Shown here: positions 18,248 to 28,291 of the stretch, in pieces
Layout: each line of letters begins with the position of its first letter
How positions within the stretch are numbered: position 1 is the first letter of the stretch
DNA from: Candidatus Zixiibacteriota bacterium
GTDB taxonomy: Bacteria; Zixibacteria; MSB-5A5; WJJR01
Reading direction: 5' to 3'
NCBI GenBank assembly: GCA_036170655.1
Contig: JAVHPP010000063.1
Coordinates: forward strand, 1-44,028
DNA length: 44,028 bases
Made by a program: the position numbers and the translations under genes
The notes under the pieces: model-generated
Database searches by the model: none
The model's input: the letters and a program-made list of their open reading frames with translations, nothing else
What the model was told of the DNA's origin: nothing

Positions 18248-19164
18248 CGGAGACCTCCCGCGAAAAGAATGGTCACTCCGAGTCCGCCCAGTACGGCCGC
18301 AGCGACCAGAAACTGGGGCACCCGCTGCAGGCGAAGCCGCGCGATAATGGATTCACAAGCGCCTACGAGCACCGCAACGACCAACTCGCCCACGCAGAAC
18401 AGGCCCACACCCTGTGCTCCCAGCAAGACCGGTGCGGGCAAAACCAACTGCAAGAGTAATGCGCCAAACAGAAACAGCTTCATTGTGCTTCCATAGACGA
18501 TGAATGCGAGGTCTGGTCCGCTGTGATCGAGGACCATCACTTCGTGGAGCATCGTGAGTTCGAGATGTGTCGCCGGATCGTCGACGGGGATGCGCGAGTT
18601 CTCAGCCAGAAGCACCACGGCCAGCCCAATGCAGGCAACGACGAGGACCGGAGCCATCTGGCCCCACGTGCCGGTGGCGAGCACGCCGAATGCCTCCTGC
18701 AGAGAGACCGAGTGGGCGAGGACGGCCAGAACGGCGAGAACGAGAAACAGGGCCGGTTCTGCCAAACTGGCAAAAGCGGCCTCGCGGCTGGCTCCCATTC
18801 CCTCAAAGCTCGACCCGGTATCCAGGGCGGCCGCCATGGTGAAAAACCGGCCGAGACCAAGAAGATAGGCGAACACGATCATGTCGCCGGCAAAGACGAA
18901 CGTCGCACGATTTCCGCCGAAGGGAACGAGAAGCCCCGCGATCATGACCGTGGCGAGCGATACGATGGGTCCGGCGCGAAACACCCAAGTGGTGGCCGTG
19001 CTGTACACCGCTCCCTTGCGCAGCAATCGGTAAATATCATGGTATGTCTGGAGCAGCGGCGGTCCGCTCCGGCCGGCGAAAAACGCCTTGGTCTTCGTGA
19101 TGGCCCCCAGCAGAAGTGGGGGCAACACGAGAAGAATCACCAGGTGGATGATGATATCGCGCAT
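18244..19164 (-). CDS. HyfC/NuoH-like membrane subunit
   Basis: GRSGPPLLQTY.D..RL, DTGSSFEGMGASRE, AENSRIPVDDP.THLELTMLHE. Confidence 0.9.
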   Translation of the reverse strand: MRDIIIHLVILLVLPPLLLGAITKTKAFFAGRSGPPLLQTYHDIYRLLRKGAVYSTATTWVFRAGPIVSLATVMIAGLLVPFGGNRATFVFAGDMIVFAYLLGLGRFFTMAAALDTGSSFEGMGASREAAFASLAEPALFLVLAVLAVLAHSVSLQEAFGVLATGTWGQMAPVLVVACIGLAVVLLAENSRIPVDDPATHLELTMLHEVMVLDHSGPDLAFIVYGSTMKLFLFGALLLQLVLPAPVLLGAQGVGLFCVGELVVAVLVGACESIIARLRLQRVPQFLVAAAVLGGLGVTILFAGGLR

Positions 19165-19167
19165 GCC

Positions 19168-21168
19168 TTATCCTCTCAGCCGTGCCAGCTGCCAGGCCAG
19201 CAGTACAACGAAGGTCAGTAGGATATAGGCCAGATAGATATTAATGTGACCATGCTGGATGATCCGCATGCGTCCCAGCGCCGCAACGATTTTCCGGGTC
19301 AGTGGGAGCAGAATGCGCTCACCCGCCAGATCGTCATAGTGGAGGTCATGGTGCGCGTGCGATGGAAAGTATCCGGACGGACCGTCCTGATGCACACGTC
19401 GGCGAAGAAGCATCGCGAACGGTTCCAGCAAGGGGCTGGCAAAAGATGCCGCCGTGTACTGCATCCGCGGGGTGGTTGCGGGATACCCGCAGCCCCATGT
19501 CGGCGTCGTTCGAATCTCGCGGCCACGCAAAAGACTCCACCGCAGCAGAGCCAGCGTCAGAGTCAAACCGGCGAGAATCGCCGCAACCAGCGCAATGGGA
19601 CCCACAGCGGTAGCGAGATCGCCGGCGGTTGCTTCCTGTCCGACCAGCAATTTCGCCGGTTCGGCCACAATGCGCACGGCTCCCTGGGGCCAGAAGCCGA
19701 TGGCGATGCAGGCCGCGGCGCCAGCCACGGTAGCCAGACGCATTGACAGGGGGGCCCCGTGCGCGTGCTCGGCCTCTGGACTCCGGGGAGCGCCGAGAAA
19801 CACGACACCGAAAACTTTCACAAAACAGGCAACCGCAAGGCCGCCGATGAGGGACAGGGCCGTCAGAGCCACCACCGCCGCAATCGCGCCTGCACCGGAG
19901 AGCGTGAAACCGGATCGAAACGCGCCATAATAAATGAGCCACTCGCTGACGAAGCCATTGAGCGGAGGAAGGCCGCAGATCGCAACCGCGCCGATCAGGA
20001 AGGTCGTCCCGGTCAGCTTCATGTGGCGGTACAAGCCGCCGAGTTTGTCAATGTCGCGCGTGCCCGTGGCATGGAGCACGCTCCCGGCACAATGGAATAG
20101 TAACCCTTTGAAGAGGCCGTGATTCAGCACATGAAGAAGCGCGCCAGCATAGCCGGCGAACGCGAGCGCGGGATTCCGAAACGCCTGTCCGATCAGGCCG
20201 ACCCCGATGCCGAGTGCAATGATACCGATATTCTCGATACTATGATAGGCCAGCAGCCGTTTGAGGTCGTGCTGGGCGAGGGCGTAGATAACGCCGATGA
20301 TACCCGACACAGCGCCGATGGCCACCACAAGCCCTCCCCACCAGATGGGAGGGGGACCGAGGAAGGTCAGCGTACGGAGAATCCCATAGATGCCCATCTT
20401 GATCATGACGCCCGACATCAATGCGGACACGTGGCTCGGTGCGGCGGGGTGAGCGTCCGGCAGCCAGATGTGCATGGGCCAGAATCCGGCCTTGGTGCCA
20501 AATCCGATGAGGGCCAGAACGAGCGCCGTCGCTCCGACTGCGTGCGGCCACGATTGATGCTGTGCAAAACCCCCGAAGTCGAATGAGGCGCCTCCCGTCT
20601 CATGCGACAGGAAAGCGAAGAGAACGAACACAAACACGACGCTGACATGCGAGGCAATCAAGTACGTGAATCCCGCCCGGCGGACTTCGTCTCGCTGGTC
20701 TTCGAATGTGACCAGAAAATATGACGCCATGGTCATGATTTCCCATGCCATGAGGAACAAAACCGCGTCACGGGCGACGACCACGACGATCATCGAGACG
20801 ATGAGAAGATTGAAGAAGAACGCGGGGAGGGCCAGATTACGCTCCCGATAGGATCCCATGTAGCCCACCGCGTACAGCGCGGAGAGTCCCGAGACGACAT
20901 AGATGCAAAGAAGAAAGAAAATCGACAGGGCATCAACACCGACGTGGAACTCCCCGACAGGAAGATGCCACGCCGCCCGGACAATTTCCTCCGGTGCACC
21001 GCTGACCAAAGCATATACGCTGGCAGCCAGCCCCATTACGCACCCGATCACGGCGCCGGCGCTCGCGACAGCGGTCGCGAAGCGCGGGGAGCGATATAAC
21101 AGAAGAGAGGCCACGCCACTGGCGAACAGCAGTGCCAACGACGTCGCCACGACAGAAAGCAGGGTCAT
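19168..21168 (-). CDS. HyfB-like proton-translocating membrane subunit
   Basis: FLMAWEIM, GFGTKAG..PMHIWLPDAHPAAPSHVSALMSG, KRLLAYHSIENIG, GLPPLNGFVSEW, TWGCGY. Confidence 0.92.
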   Translation of the reverse strand: MTLLSVVATSLALLFASGVASLLLYRSPRFATAVASAGAVIGCVMGLAASVYALVSGAPEEIVRAAWHLPVGEFHVGVDALSIFFLLCIYVVSGLSALYAVGYMGSYRERNLALPAFFFNLLIVSMIVVVVARDAVLFLMAWEIMTMASYFLVTFEDQRDEVRRAGFTYLIASHVSVVFVFVLFAFLSHETGGASFDFGGFAQHQSWPHAVGATALVLALIGFGTKAGFWPMHIWLPDAHPAAPSHVSALMSGVMIKMGIYGILRTLTFLGPPPIWWGGLVVAIGAVSGIIGVIYALAQHDLKRLLAYHSIENIGIIALGIGVGLIGQAFRNPALAFAGYAGALLHVLNHGLFKGLLFHCAGSVLHATGTRDIDKLGGLYRHMKLTGTTFLIGAVAICGLPPLNGFVSEWLIYYGAFRSGFTLSGAGAIAAVVALTALSLIGGLAVACFVKVFGVVFLGAPRSPEAEHAHGAPLSMRLATVAGAAACIAIGFWPQGAVRIVAEPAKLLVGQEATAGDLATAVGPIALVAAILAGLTLTLALLRWSLLRGREIRTTPTWGCGYPATTPRMQYTAASFASPLLEPFAMLLRRRVHQDGPSGYFPSHAHHDLHYDDLAGERILLPLTRKIVAALGRMRIIQHGHINIYLAYILLTFVVLLAWQLARLRG

Positions 21169-21875
21169 GGAACGTCCAAACCGGATGGGTTGCCGTTGTC
21201 TGGTGGTGGGGCAGGCGCGCGCAAACGACCAAGAAAGTCGAGGATCTTCTCCTGGGGTGCATGTTGCTGCAGCAGTTCCTGGAATGCCGGATCATGGACC
21301 GCAAACGCGATCTGTGAGAGCAACTGGAGATGTGTACGCACCGTTGGACTGAGGAGGAGAAAGAGCACGTGCACCGGTTGTCCATCGATGGCCTTGAAAT
21401 CGACGGGGTTTGCCAGAAAGCAGAGAAGGACTCGTGGATCGCTCAGGCCGAGGATCAGAGGGTTACGCGGGTGTGGCAGTGCAATTCCATCACCGAGTCC
21501 TGTCGAGGACAGAGCCTCCCGGCGCAGGAGGAGCGACGCGAGGAGTGCGCGATCGACGGTTGCCGGAATACCGGGCAGTGTTGCGGCGGCAGCCAGGACT
21601 TCCTCACGGGTCCCGCCGGGGACTTGATGATAGACGCCGCCGCACTGCATGGCCGCCTGCAAATTCGCTGTCTGGCTCCCATCAGTGGTCGTGGCGAAAA
21701 GCTCCGGCGAAACCCGTATCTTCCGCACCGCAACCCATTCCTGCAGCGCCACGCGATTCAGGCGGTATTGATCCTCGAGACGCTGCGCCGGCAGCGTGCC
21801 CTCGTGAATCCAGCGGTAGATTGTTCCTTCGGAAACTTCCAGCAGCCGGGCTGCTTCGCGCACACTCAAGTCCAT
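21165..21875 (-). CDS. Excisionase-type HTH fused to PTS EIIA (Ntr/fructose-type) domain
   Basis: LSVREAARLLEVSEGTIYRWI..G.LPA followed by REALSSTGLGDGIALPHPR...DFKAIDGQPV; stop overlaps the hyfB-like start. Confidence 0.9.
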   Translation of the reverse strand: MDLSVREAARLLEVSEGTIYRWIHEGTLPAQRLEDQYRLNRVALQEWVAVRKIRVSPELFATTTDGSQTANLQAAMQCGGVYHQVPGGTREEVLAAAATLPGIPATVDRALLASLLLRREALSSTGLGDGIALPHPRNPLILGLSDPRVLLCFLANPVDFKAIDGQPVHVLFLLLSPTVRTHLQLLSQIAFAVHDPAFQELLQQHAPQEKILDFLGRLRAPAPPPDNGNPSGLDVP

Positions 21876-22235
21876 GATAATGTCCTGCGCCCGCCAATCT
21901 GAGAGGACGCCCCCCTGATACGGGCGGGAATCTTGCGAGAATGTGCCGCCATGTCAAGAGCGGGTTGGAGAGAGTCGTGCGTTACGGAGAGCACATTACA
22001 TTTGCAGGCAAAAGGGAGGCGTTTTCTCATGCTGTTCTCCGCTGCACGACCGCCATCCAGGACATGGGAGCACACAGTCGGCCTTATGGGCATACGCCTT
22101 CCCTTTCCCCATCGAAGGGCGCGCACTTTTCGCGGGTCATCCAATCCTCCAATCGGCCGATATAGGTGTCAGGTGGGCGGCGGTAACGCTCACGGGCATA
22201 CCAACGCAAGAACGCGACGGCGGGTCACGTGCGCT

Positions 22236-23789
22236 ATGAGTCACGAACATGCACAACTGCCTGAAGCCGCCACATCCGATTCTGGCGGCCATTCACCTGA
22301 CGACTTTCTGATTGCGCTGCGTCCGCACGTCGAGGTTCGGGTCGCACCGGCGGGCACGATCTTGTTTGCAGAAGGGGCGCCCGGCGACTGCGCCTACGTC
22401 GTCAGTTCCGGAAGTGTCCTGATTGCCAAAGAGCAGCTGAGTTCGACGGCCGCTCTGGCACACCGTGGGCCGGGGGACATTATCGGCGAAATGGCGTTGA
22501 TCGACGAGTCTCCCCGTTTTGCGTCAGCTGTTTGTGAGACTGTGTGTGAACTGCTTGTCTTGTCCCGTGCCCGTTTCTTCGGGATACTCACATCCCGTCC
22601 AGACATCGCCGCGGGCGTTCTGAAGATGATGACCGCGCGGATCCGCGAGGCCGACGTGAAGCGTCTCCGGGAGACGGAGGCGGTCAACGAGGACCTGCGT
22701 TCGGCCCGGGCCCGCCTCGAAGCAGCCCTCATCCACCGCGACCGGATCATCTCGGTCTCGCCGTACCCGATCATTGTGACCGACTCGCAGAACCGCATCA
22801 ATCTGTACAATCCGGAGGCAGAAGTCCTGCTGGGGCACGCGACGCAAGCGGACTTGTGGAAATGCGTCGTGCCGTGCGACACCGCCGTGCCCGCGCAGGC
22901 CGAAGCGATGCTCCAGAGCGGGACAACATGGCGCGCGGAAATCGAGGTCGCTGGGCTGCATCACCGGGGGCTGCTCTGCAAGGTCACGGCTGTTCCGATC
23001 CCCGATTCGGGGAATGGGAAAACCTCCCGCCTGTGGGTGTTCGAGGATGTGACGGAAATGCGGACACTCCAGAAACAGGCGGTGGAGCAGTACGGTCTGG
23101 CAATGAAGGGCGAGATGGCCGGCGAGATTGCACACGAACTGAATAACTATCTCGCGGTACTCTCCGGCAATGCCGAGCTCCTGCCTGTCCGCCTGAAGAA
23201 AAACGATCCGACCCTGGTGGACCGGACGCTCGAGAACATCAACCAGGCCATTGTCCAGATGACCGTGTTTACGGATGGTCTCCTCCGTTCCCGTCACCCA
23301 CAGGGGCAACGGGCCACGATTGACCTGAACGAATTTGTCGCGAACCAGATTGTTTTTCTCCGTCCGCAGAAACGCTTCAAGAAGCTGGTGATCACGACGG
23401 ACCTGCAATCAGGGCTGCCGCCGTTGGAATGTGACCCTTCCGGTCTTCAGCAGGTGATATACAATCTCATTCTGAACGCGTCCGATGCTTTGATCGGCGC
23501 CGCCATTCCCAACCCAACGGTCTTCATCACGACACGTCACGATCCTGATCACGGTGAGGTCTGCCTGATCGTGGGCGATAATGGTCCCGGCATCCCACCG
23601 GAGATCAAGCCGCGGCTCTTCATGGAACGGGTCACATCCAAACCGACCGGGCATGGATTCGGCACGCTGACCATCTTGCGGATTGTGCAGGAACATCGCG
23701 GCCAAATTACTGCAGGCCAGCGGGCCGGCGGCGGCGCCGAGTTTGTCATCACCCTCCCCGCCAGCGCGATCCCTCTGACCACGGAGTAG
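22236..23789 (+). CDS. Cytoplasmic histidine kinase: cNMP-binding + PAS-like + HisKA/HATPase
   Basis: LFAEGAPGD..YVVSSG.V, GEMALIDESPRFASA; PYPIIVTD...INLYN..AE; AHELNN, NLILNA.DA, DNGPGI, GHGFG, GAEF. Start set at ATG 22236. Confidence 0.88.
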   Translation: MSHEHAQLPEAATSDSGGHSPDDFLIALRPHVEVRVAPAGTILFAEGAPGDCAYVVSSGSVLIAKEQLSSTAALAHRGPGDIIGEMALIDESPRFASAVCETVCELLVLSRARFFGILTSRPDIAAGVLKMMTARIREADVKRLRETEAVNEDLRSARARLEAALIHRDRIISVSPYPIIVTDSQNRINLYNPEAEVLLGHATQADLWKCVVPCDTAVPAQAEAMLQSGTTWRAEIEVAGLHHRGLLCKVTAVPIPDSGNGKTSRLWVFEDVTEMRTLQKQAVEQYGLAMKGEMAGEIAHELNNYLAVLSGNAELLPVRLKKNDPTLVDRTLENINQAIVQMTVFTDGLLRSRHPQGQRATIDLNEFVANQIVFLRPQKRFKKLVITTDLQSGLPPLECDPSGLQQVIYNLILNASDALIGAAIPNPTVFITTRHDPDHGEVCLIVGDNGPGIPPEIKPRLFMERVTSKPTGHGFGTLTILRIVQEHRGQITAGQRAGGGAEFVITLPASAIPLTTE

Positions 23790-23792
23790 CCA

Positions 23793-24134
23793 GTGGACCT
23801 CATGTGGTTCCTCATGATGGCCCATCTGACGGGTGACTATGGTCTCCAGTCCGACCGCATGGCAGAGAGGAAGCGCACGTCGGTCTCGGTTTTGACCGCA
23901 CACGTGCTGATCTATACAGCCACCGTCGGGCTGACTCTGTGGATTTATGGGGCAGTCACGTCGTCGTACCGGTTCTGGAGTCTGCTCCTGCTCGCCATCC
24001 TGTCGGGGCTGTTTGTCACGCATTGGTCTCAGGACTACCTCAAGGGCCGATTCTTCCGTTCGCGGCAGGCCTATTATCTGGATCAGGTCCTCCACGTCGC
24101 GGCACTCTTTGCCATTCGCTGGCTGGTGACATGA
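23793..24134 (+). CDS. DUF3307-family membrane protein
   Basis: AHLTGDYGLQSDRMA..K....L.AH..IY...TH...D..K.....DQVLH. Confidence 0.85.
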   Translation: MDLMWFLMMAHLTGDYGLQSDRMAERKRTSVSVLTAHVLIYTATVGLTLWIYGAVTSSYRFWSLLLLAILSGLFVTHWSQDYLKGRFFRSRQAYYLDQVLHVAALFAIRWLVT

Positions 24135-27100
24135 CATCTGTTGATGTCCCCACGTCACGATTGGGCTGCCTGTCGCCGCGCCGCTTGCGTGTCACCGGTG
24201 ATCCCCCGGAATTCCGTCGCGTTGCCGGTGTGGTGATGTTTGCCGACATCGCGGGTTTCACTGCCATGACGGAAACAGCCCGTCGGCGAGAGGGCGCACG
24301 GGGCATTGAGCAATTGACTGTCCGCCTGAATAGCATCTTTGCCGAACTTGTGACGACTGTCCACGCGGCCGGCGGAGACGTGCTGAAATTCGGGGGTGAT
24401 GCCCTTCTCGTGGCTTTTGATCGCGAGGGCGAACCGTGCCCCCAGACCGTGCGCCGGGCGGTCTGGTGCGCCGACCGTCTTCACCGGATTATCAAAGGTC
24501 AGCGCCGCAAGCACGCCGGACGGCTGTCCCTCCATGTCGGTCTTGCCGCCGGAGAATGGACAGAGATCGTTGTCGGCAGACCCGGCCAGCGGCGCGAACA
24601 TTTCGTTAATGGCGAAGGCATTAGCCAGGCCATGCATGCGGCCGCTGCGGCTGCTCCCGGCACATGTAATCTCCGTGGTTTGGCGTCAGACTGGCCGGGG
24701 GATACACCTGCCATGCGGTCGTGGCAGAGGCGCGGGGAATGGCGGCTTATCCTCCCACGACAGACATGGGAGAATGACGTCCCGGTTGTGCCGCAAGCGG
24801 ACACGTCCGCCAATGATGTGCTGGCCGACTTCGTCGCGCCGCAGTTGCGCGCACAACTCGCGCAGCCTGATTTTGCCCCGTTGTCCTTTGGTGAGCATCG
24901 TCGCGTGAGCACTCTTTTTGCTTTCTGGCATCCGCCCACCGGAGAATCGCGAAGGGCCGGTCTGAGTCTGTGGCATGATGTGTTCCGCGCCGTTGACGAA
25001 GTTACGGAGGCCACCGGCGGCCTGTGGGCTCGCAGCGATCCGGGAGGCGGCTACCAGAAGATACTCATTCTGTTCGGCGCGCCCACGTCCGCCGATGATG
25101 ATGTGGATCGCGCGCTTGAATGCGCCGGACTGTTGCGCAAGCGTTTCCGTTTTCTCGGCCGGAGCCATCGTCGTCTCCGTGTCGGCTTGGGACTGACGAC
25201 GGCCACTGTGTTTTCCGGATATGTCGGCGGGCCGGACCGCTTCGAGTTCACCGTGATGGGCGACGGAGTGAATCTGGCGGCACGGCTGGCCGCCAGCGCT
25301 CCGAAAGGGATTGTGCTGACCGACCGGTCGACCCGCCTCGCGGCCGGACGGTGGCGTTTCACACCGGGGCCAGAGTTAAAACTGAAAGGTGTCCGGGGAC
25401 CGGTGGCGACATTCCAACTGAGCGGTCGTATTGACACGGATGCCACCCGTGTGGATGAGCTGGTCGAGCATCCGGCGGCGCTCGACTCGGGGCTGCGCAT
25501 CTGGGAACGAACGCGGGACGGTCCGATCAGAATTGAAGTGTGTTCTCCCGCCGATGGCCGCCGCTTTGTGTCCCAATTCGTGCGACGACTCGACCTCGCA
25601 GATCATGCGGTGGCGCGATTCCGTTTTCTTCCGGACGATGGCGCCCACCCGCACGGCGGGTTGCGCCGCTTTCTGCTTTGGCGCGCTGGCGTTGACAACG
25701 GTGAGGGATTACGTGCACAGCTCGCGGCAAACGGTCGCGAACAAACCTGGCATCATCTTGCTCCGATCTATGGACCAGAGCAGCAACTGGCAGAGGTCCT
25801 GAGCCATGCCGGGATTGACGCATGGGTGGAGAGAACCGCTACCTTGACAGCCAGTACCGGTCTGCTGGCCGTGGCGGACGATGGCCCCACAGTGATTGTG
25901 CTCGAGCAGACAGAGTGTCTGTCGGACATCGACCGCCGTGTATTCGAGCGGCTCGCCTCCCTTCCCGTCAATCGACCGCGGTTCATCATGGTTCACCAAA
26001 GCGCGGGCGGCAGGGCCGATGACGAGACCATTCTTTTGGGGCCAGTCTCCAAGCGAGAATTGCAGTCGTATATCGAACAGCTTATGCCCGCCGGGGCGCC
26101 TTCCGCACAATTGCTCGATTGGCTGTACGAACGTTCGGGAGGAATGGCGCGTATCGCCCGTCTGTATGTCGAACACCTGCAGAACAACGGTCTGCTCGTG
26201 AGCAAACGAGGGCGGCGGCGCCTCTGGTATCTTTCCTGTGTCCGCGAGGCAGCTTTGCCCGATGTCTTGCGTGCGCATCATCTTCAGAGTATCGACCATC
26301 TGCCGCATTCCGCGGGTATGGTCGCGCGCGCGCTGGCCGTATTGGGTGACGGCACACCGATTGAAGCCCTCGAGTTCCTTTGCCGATCATTCATGGCTCT
26401 TCAGGCCATCCGTATGGCTGTGGAGACACTGAGAACAGAGGGTATCACCGAGCAGGGCGACGGAGTCTCGTTTGCCGACCCGTCCGTCCGCCGCGCGGTG
26501 TACGAGACCATCTCCTTCGCCGTGCGCGAGCGCTGGCATCGCCGGGCGGCGCAATACTGGCGATCACGGGGGGTGCACGGATCAGTCGCGGCCGCCGAAC
26601 ATCTCTTTGCGGCGCGGGATCCCTCTTGTCTGCCGGGTCTGGAAAAAGCTGCCCAGCGAGCGCACCGATTGTGGCTCCTGGATCGGTCCCGTCATCTTTA
26701 TCGCTGGGCCCTGCTGGCGGCCAGTGGCCGATGTGATCCAGAGTATGCCAAAGCGCTTCCCCCTCTATCCCATGATCTTGACGATCGTCTGCGTCGTCTG
26801 CTCAAACCATTTGCTGAAGTCCTGCAGCTTCAAGGCCTCTATCCGGAGGCACGACGTGTCTACCAGCGTTTGGCTCTCGATGCCGCCCGCAGACATCGCC
26901 GGGCGGATCAGGGAGAGAACCTGCTGGCGGTCGCCCGCATCGAGTGGTTCTCGGGACGATACCGGCAGGCCCTGCGCCAGACATCGCGCGTACTCCACGT
27001 GGCTGCAGCCAGCCGGACAAGACGTCTGGCTGCACAGGCACATTTCCTGATTGGTGAAACCGCCCGGCGCACCGGCGGCATGCGTCGTGCCCAGCAGGCA

Positions 27101-28234
27101 CTGGAGCATGCGGCCCATCTGTTTGAGCAAGTGCAAGATGGTGGCGCCTACGCCGATGCCCTGAACGCGCTGGGATTGGTCCATTGGAATTGCGGCCGGC
27201 TGGATGTCGCGCAGCAATGCTTCCTGAACGCCCTTCGCGCATCCGGTCGTTCATCGCAGACAGGTGATCCCGCCAAGCGCGGTCAAATGGCCAACAATCT
27301 CGGCATTCTCATGGAGGAGCGGGGCCGGTTGCATGCCGCGGAGCGGTACTATTGCAGGGCATTCGACGTGTTTACTCGTCTGGGTCACCGGCGGAACCGT
27401 GGCTACAGCCTGGGGAATCTGGCGAATCTGTACCGTCATGGGGCGCGCTACGAGCATGCGCGTGCGGCCTACGACGAGGTGGAACTGGAACTGCTCTCCA
27501 TCGGGGAACGGCATGCTGCCGCCTATACGGCTGGAAATCGTGGTGATCTCGCGCGCGATTTTGGCGACTGGACAGGGGCTCTGGTACTCTATCAACGCGC
27601 TCTGCACTTCGCCTCTCATGTCGGCGATGCCGATCTGATCGCCGAATCATACTGCCGTTTGGCGGAGATCCAACTGGCGAAACGAGGCGACGGAGAAGTG
27701 ATTCGGCTACTGCGAAGAGCGTCGCGGGCCGCCGAAAAGGCCCACTCGCGCGAGTTTGCCATCCGGGTGCGCTTGCTAAAGGCGGAGCTCAACCTTGCCC
27801 GTGGACGTGACGCTGTGGCTATGGCTGGTTTCACGGAATCGGAACGGGACGCGGCCGATGCGGGTTTGCTCCTCTATCTTCTGTGGGCATGGTATGGACT
27901 GGGGCGGTGCCTGCTCAATGAGGGTCGAATGAAGGAGGCCATGCGTACCGTCCATCGGGGTCTGAAAAATGCTCACGGCTCCGGGTATCGGTGGTGGGAG
28001 TTGCGCTTCGCGGTTCTGGGAGCGCAGATAGAGAGTGGGAGAACGACCAGTGGGGACGTTTCCATTGCTGGCCGGGAGAATATGCACGAAAGAATGGCCG
28101 CATTAACCGCGGCCATCGAAGCCACCATCGGCGATCCCGCCGTTCGGGCAGCGTTCGCACGGCTGCCCCTGATCGTTTCAGCTGCGATGCTGCGCCCCGG
28201 CAACGTGTTCTCGATGGCTGCCGGGGAAACGTGA
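24131..28234 (+). CDS. Soluble adenylate/guanylate cyclase (two class III domains) + degenerate STAND-like region + TPR repeats
   Basis: FADIAGFTAMTE and LKFGGDA (domain 1); LFGAP and EFTVMGDGVNLAARL (domain 2); ERSGG, LAVLG, AAEH; TPRs (ALNALG, ANNLG, LGNLA). The ATG overlaps the DUF3307 stop (ATGA). Confidence 0.88.
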   Translation: MTSVDVPTSRLGCLSPRRLRVTGDPPEFRRVAGVVMFADIAGFTAMTETARRREGARGIEQLTVRLNSIFAELVTTVHAAGGDVLKFGGDALLVAFDREGEPCPQTVRRAVWCADRLHRIIKGQRRKHAGRLSLHVGLAAGEWTEIVVGRPGQRREHFVNGEGISQAMHAAAAAAPGTCNLRGLASDWPGDTPAMRSWQRRGEWRLILPRQTWENDVPVVPQADTSANDVLADFVAPQLRAQLAQPDFAPLSFGEHRRVSTLFAFWHPPTGESRRAGLSLWHDVFRAVDEVTEATGGLWARSDPGGGYQKILILFGAPTSADDDVDRALECAGLLRKRFRFLGRSHRRLRVGLGLTTATVFSGYVGGPDRFEFTVMGDGVNLAARLAASAPKGIVLTDRSTRLAAGRWRFTPGPELKLKGVRGPVATFQLSGRIDTDATRVDELVEHPAALDSGLRIWERTRDGPIRIEVCSPADGRRFVSQFVRRLDLADHAVARFRFLPDDGAHPHGGLRRFLLWRAGVDNGEGLRAQLAANGREQTWHHLAPIYGPEQQLAEVLSHAGIDAWVERTATLTASTGLLAVADDGPTVIVLEQTECLSDIDRRVFERLASLPVNRPRFIMVHQSAGGRADDETILLGPVSKRELQSYIEQLMPAGAPSAQLLDWLYERSGGMARIARLYVEHLQNNGLLVSKRGRRRLWYLSCVREAALPDVLRAHHLQSIDHLPHSAGMVARALAVLGDGTPIEALEFLCRSFMALQAIRMAVETLRTEGITEQGDGVSFADPSVRRAVYETISFAVRERWHRRAAQYWRSRGVHGSVAAAEHLFAARDPSCLPGLEKAAQRAHRLWLLDRSRHLYRWALLAASGRCDPEYAKALPPLSHDLDDRLRRLLKPFAEVLQLQGLYPEARRVYQRLALDAARRHRRADQGENLLAVARIEWFSGRYRQALRQTSRVLHVAAASRTRRLAAQAHFLIGETARRTGGMRRAQQALEHAAHLFEQVQDGGAYADALNALGLVHWNCGRLDVAQQCFLNALRASGRSSQTGDPAKRGQMANNLGILMEERGRLHAAERYYCRAFDVFTRLGHRRNRGYSLGNLANLYRHGARYEHARAAYDEVELELLSIGERHAAAYTAGNRGDLARDFGDWTGALVLYQRALHFASHVGDADLIAESYCRLAEIQLAKRGDGEVIRLLRRASRAAEKAHSREFAIRVRLLKAELNLARGRDAVAMAGFTESERDAADAGLLLYLLWAWYGLGRCLLNEGRMKEAMRTVHRGLKNAHGSGYRWWELRFAVLGAQIESGRTTSGDVSIAGRENMHERMAALTAAIEATIGDPAVRAAFARLPLIVSAAMLRPGNVFSMAAGET

Positions 28235-28291
28235 TGCGAGGACTGAAATAACTGGCCGCGTCCGCGCGCAGGAACCCGTCATTCGTGACCG

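Noticed and set aside
21933..22235. N-terminal extension of the histidine kinase in the ORF track
   Set aside because: Arg-rich, non-domain sequence covering the divergent promoter region; ATG 22236 fits the start of the cNMP domain. Similar over-extensions were trimmed for the ORFs listed at 9702, 11299, 23939, 31873, 36608 and 39361.
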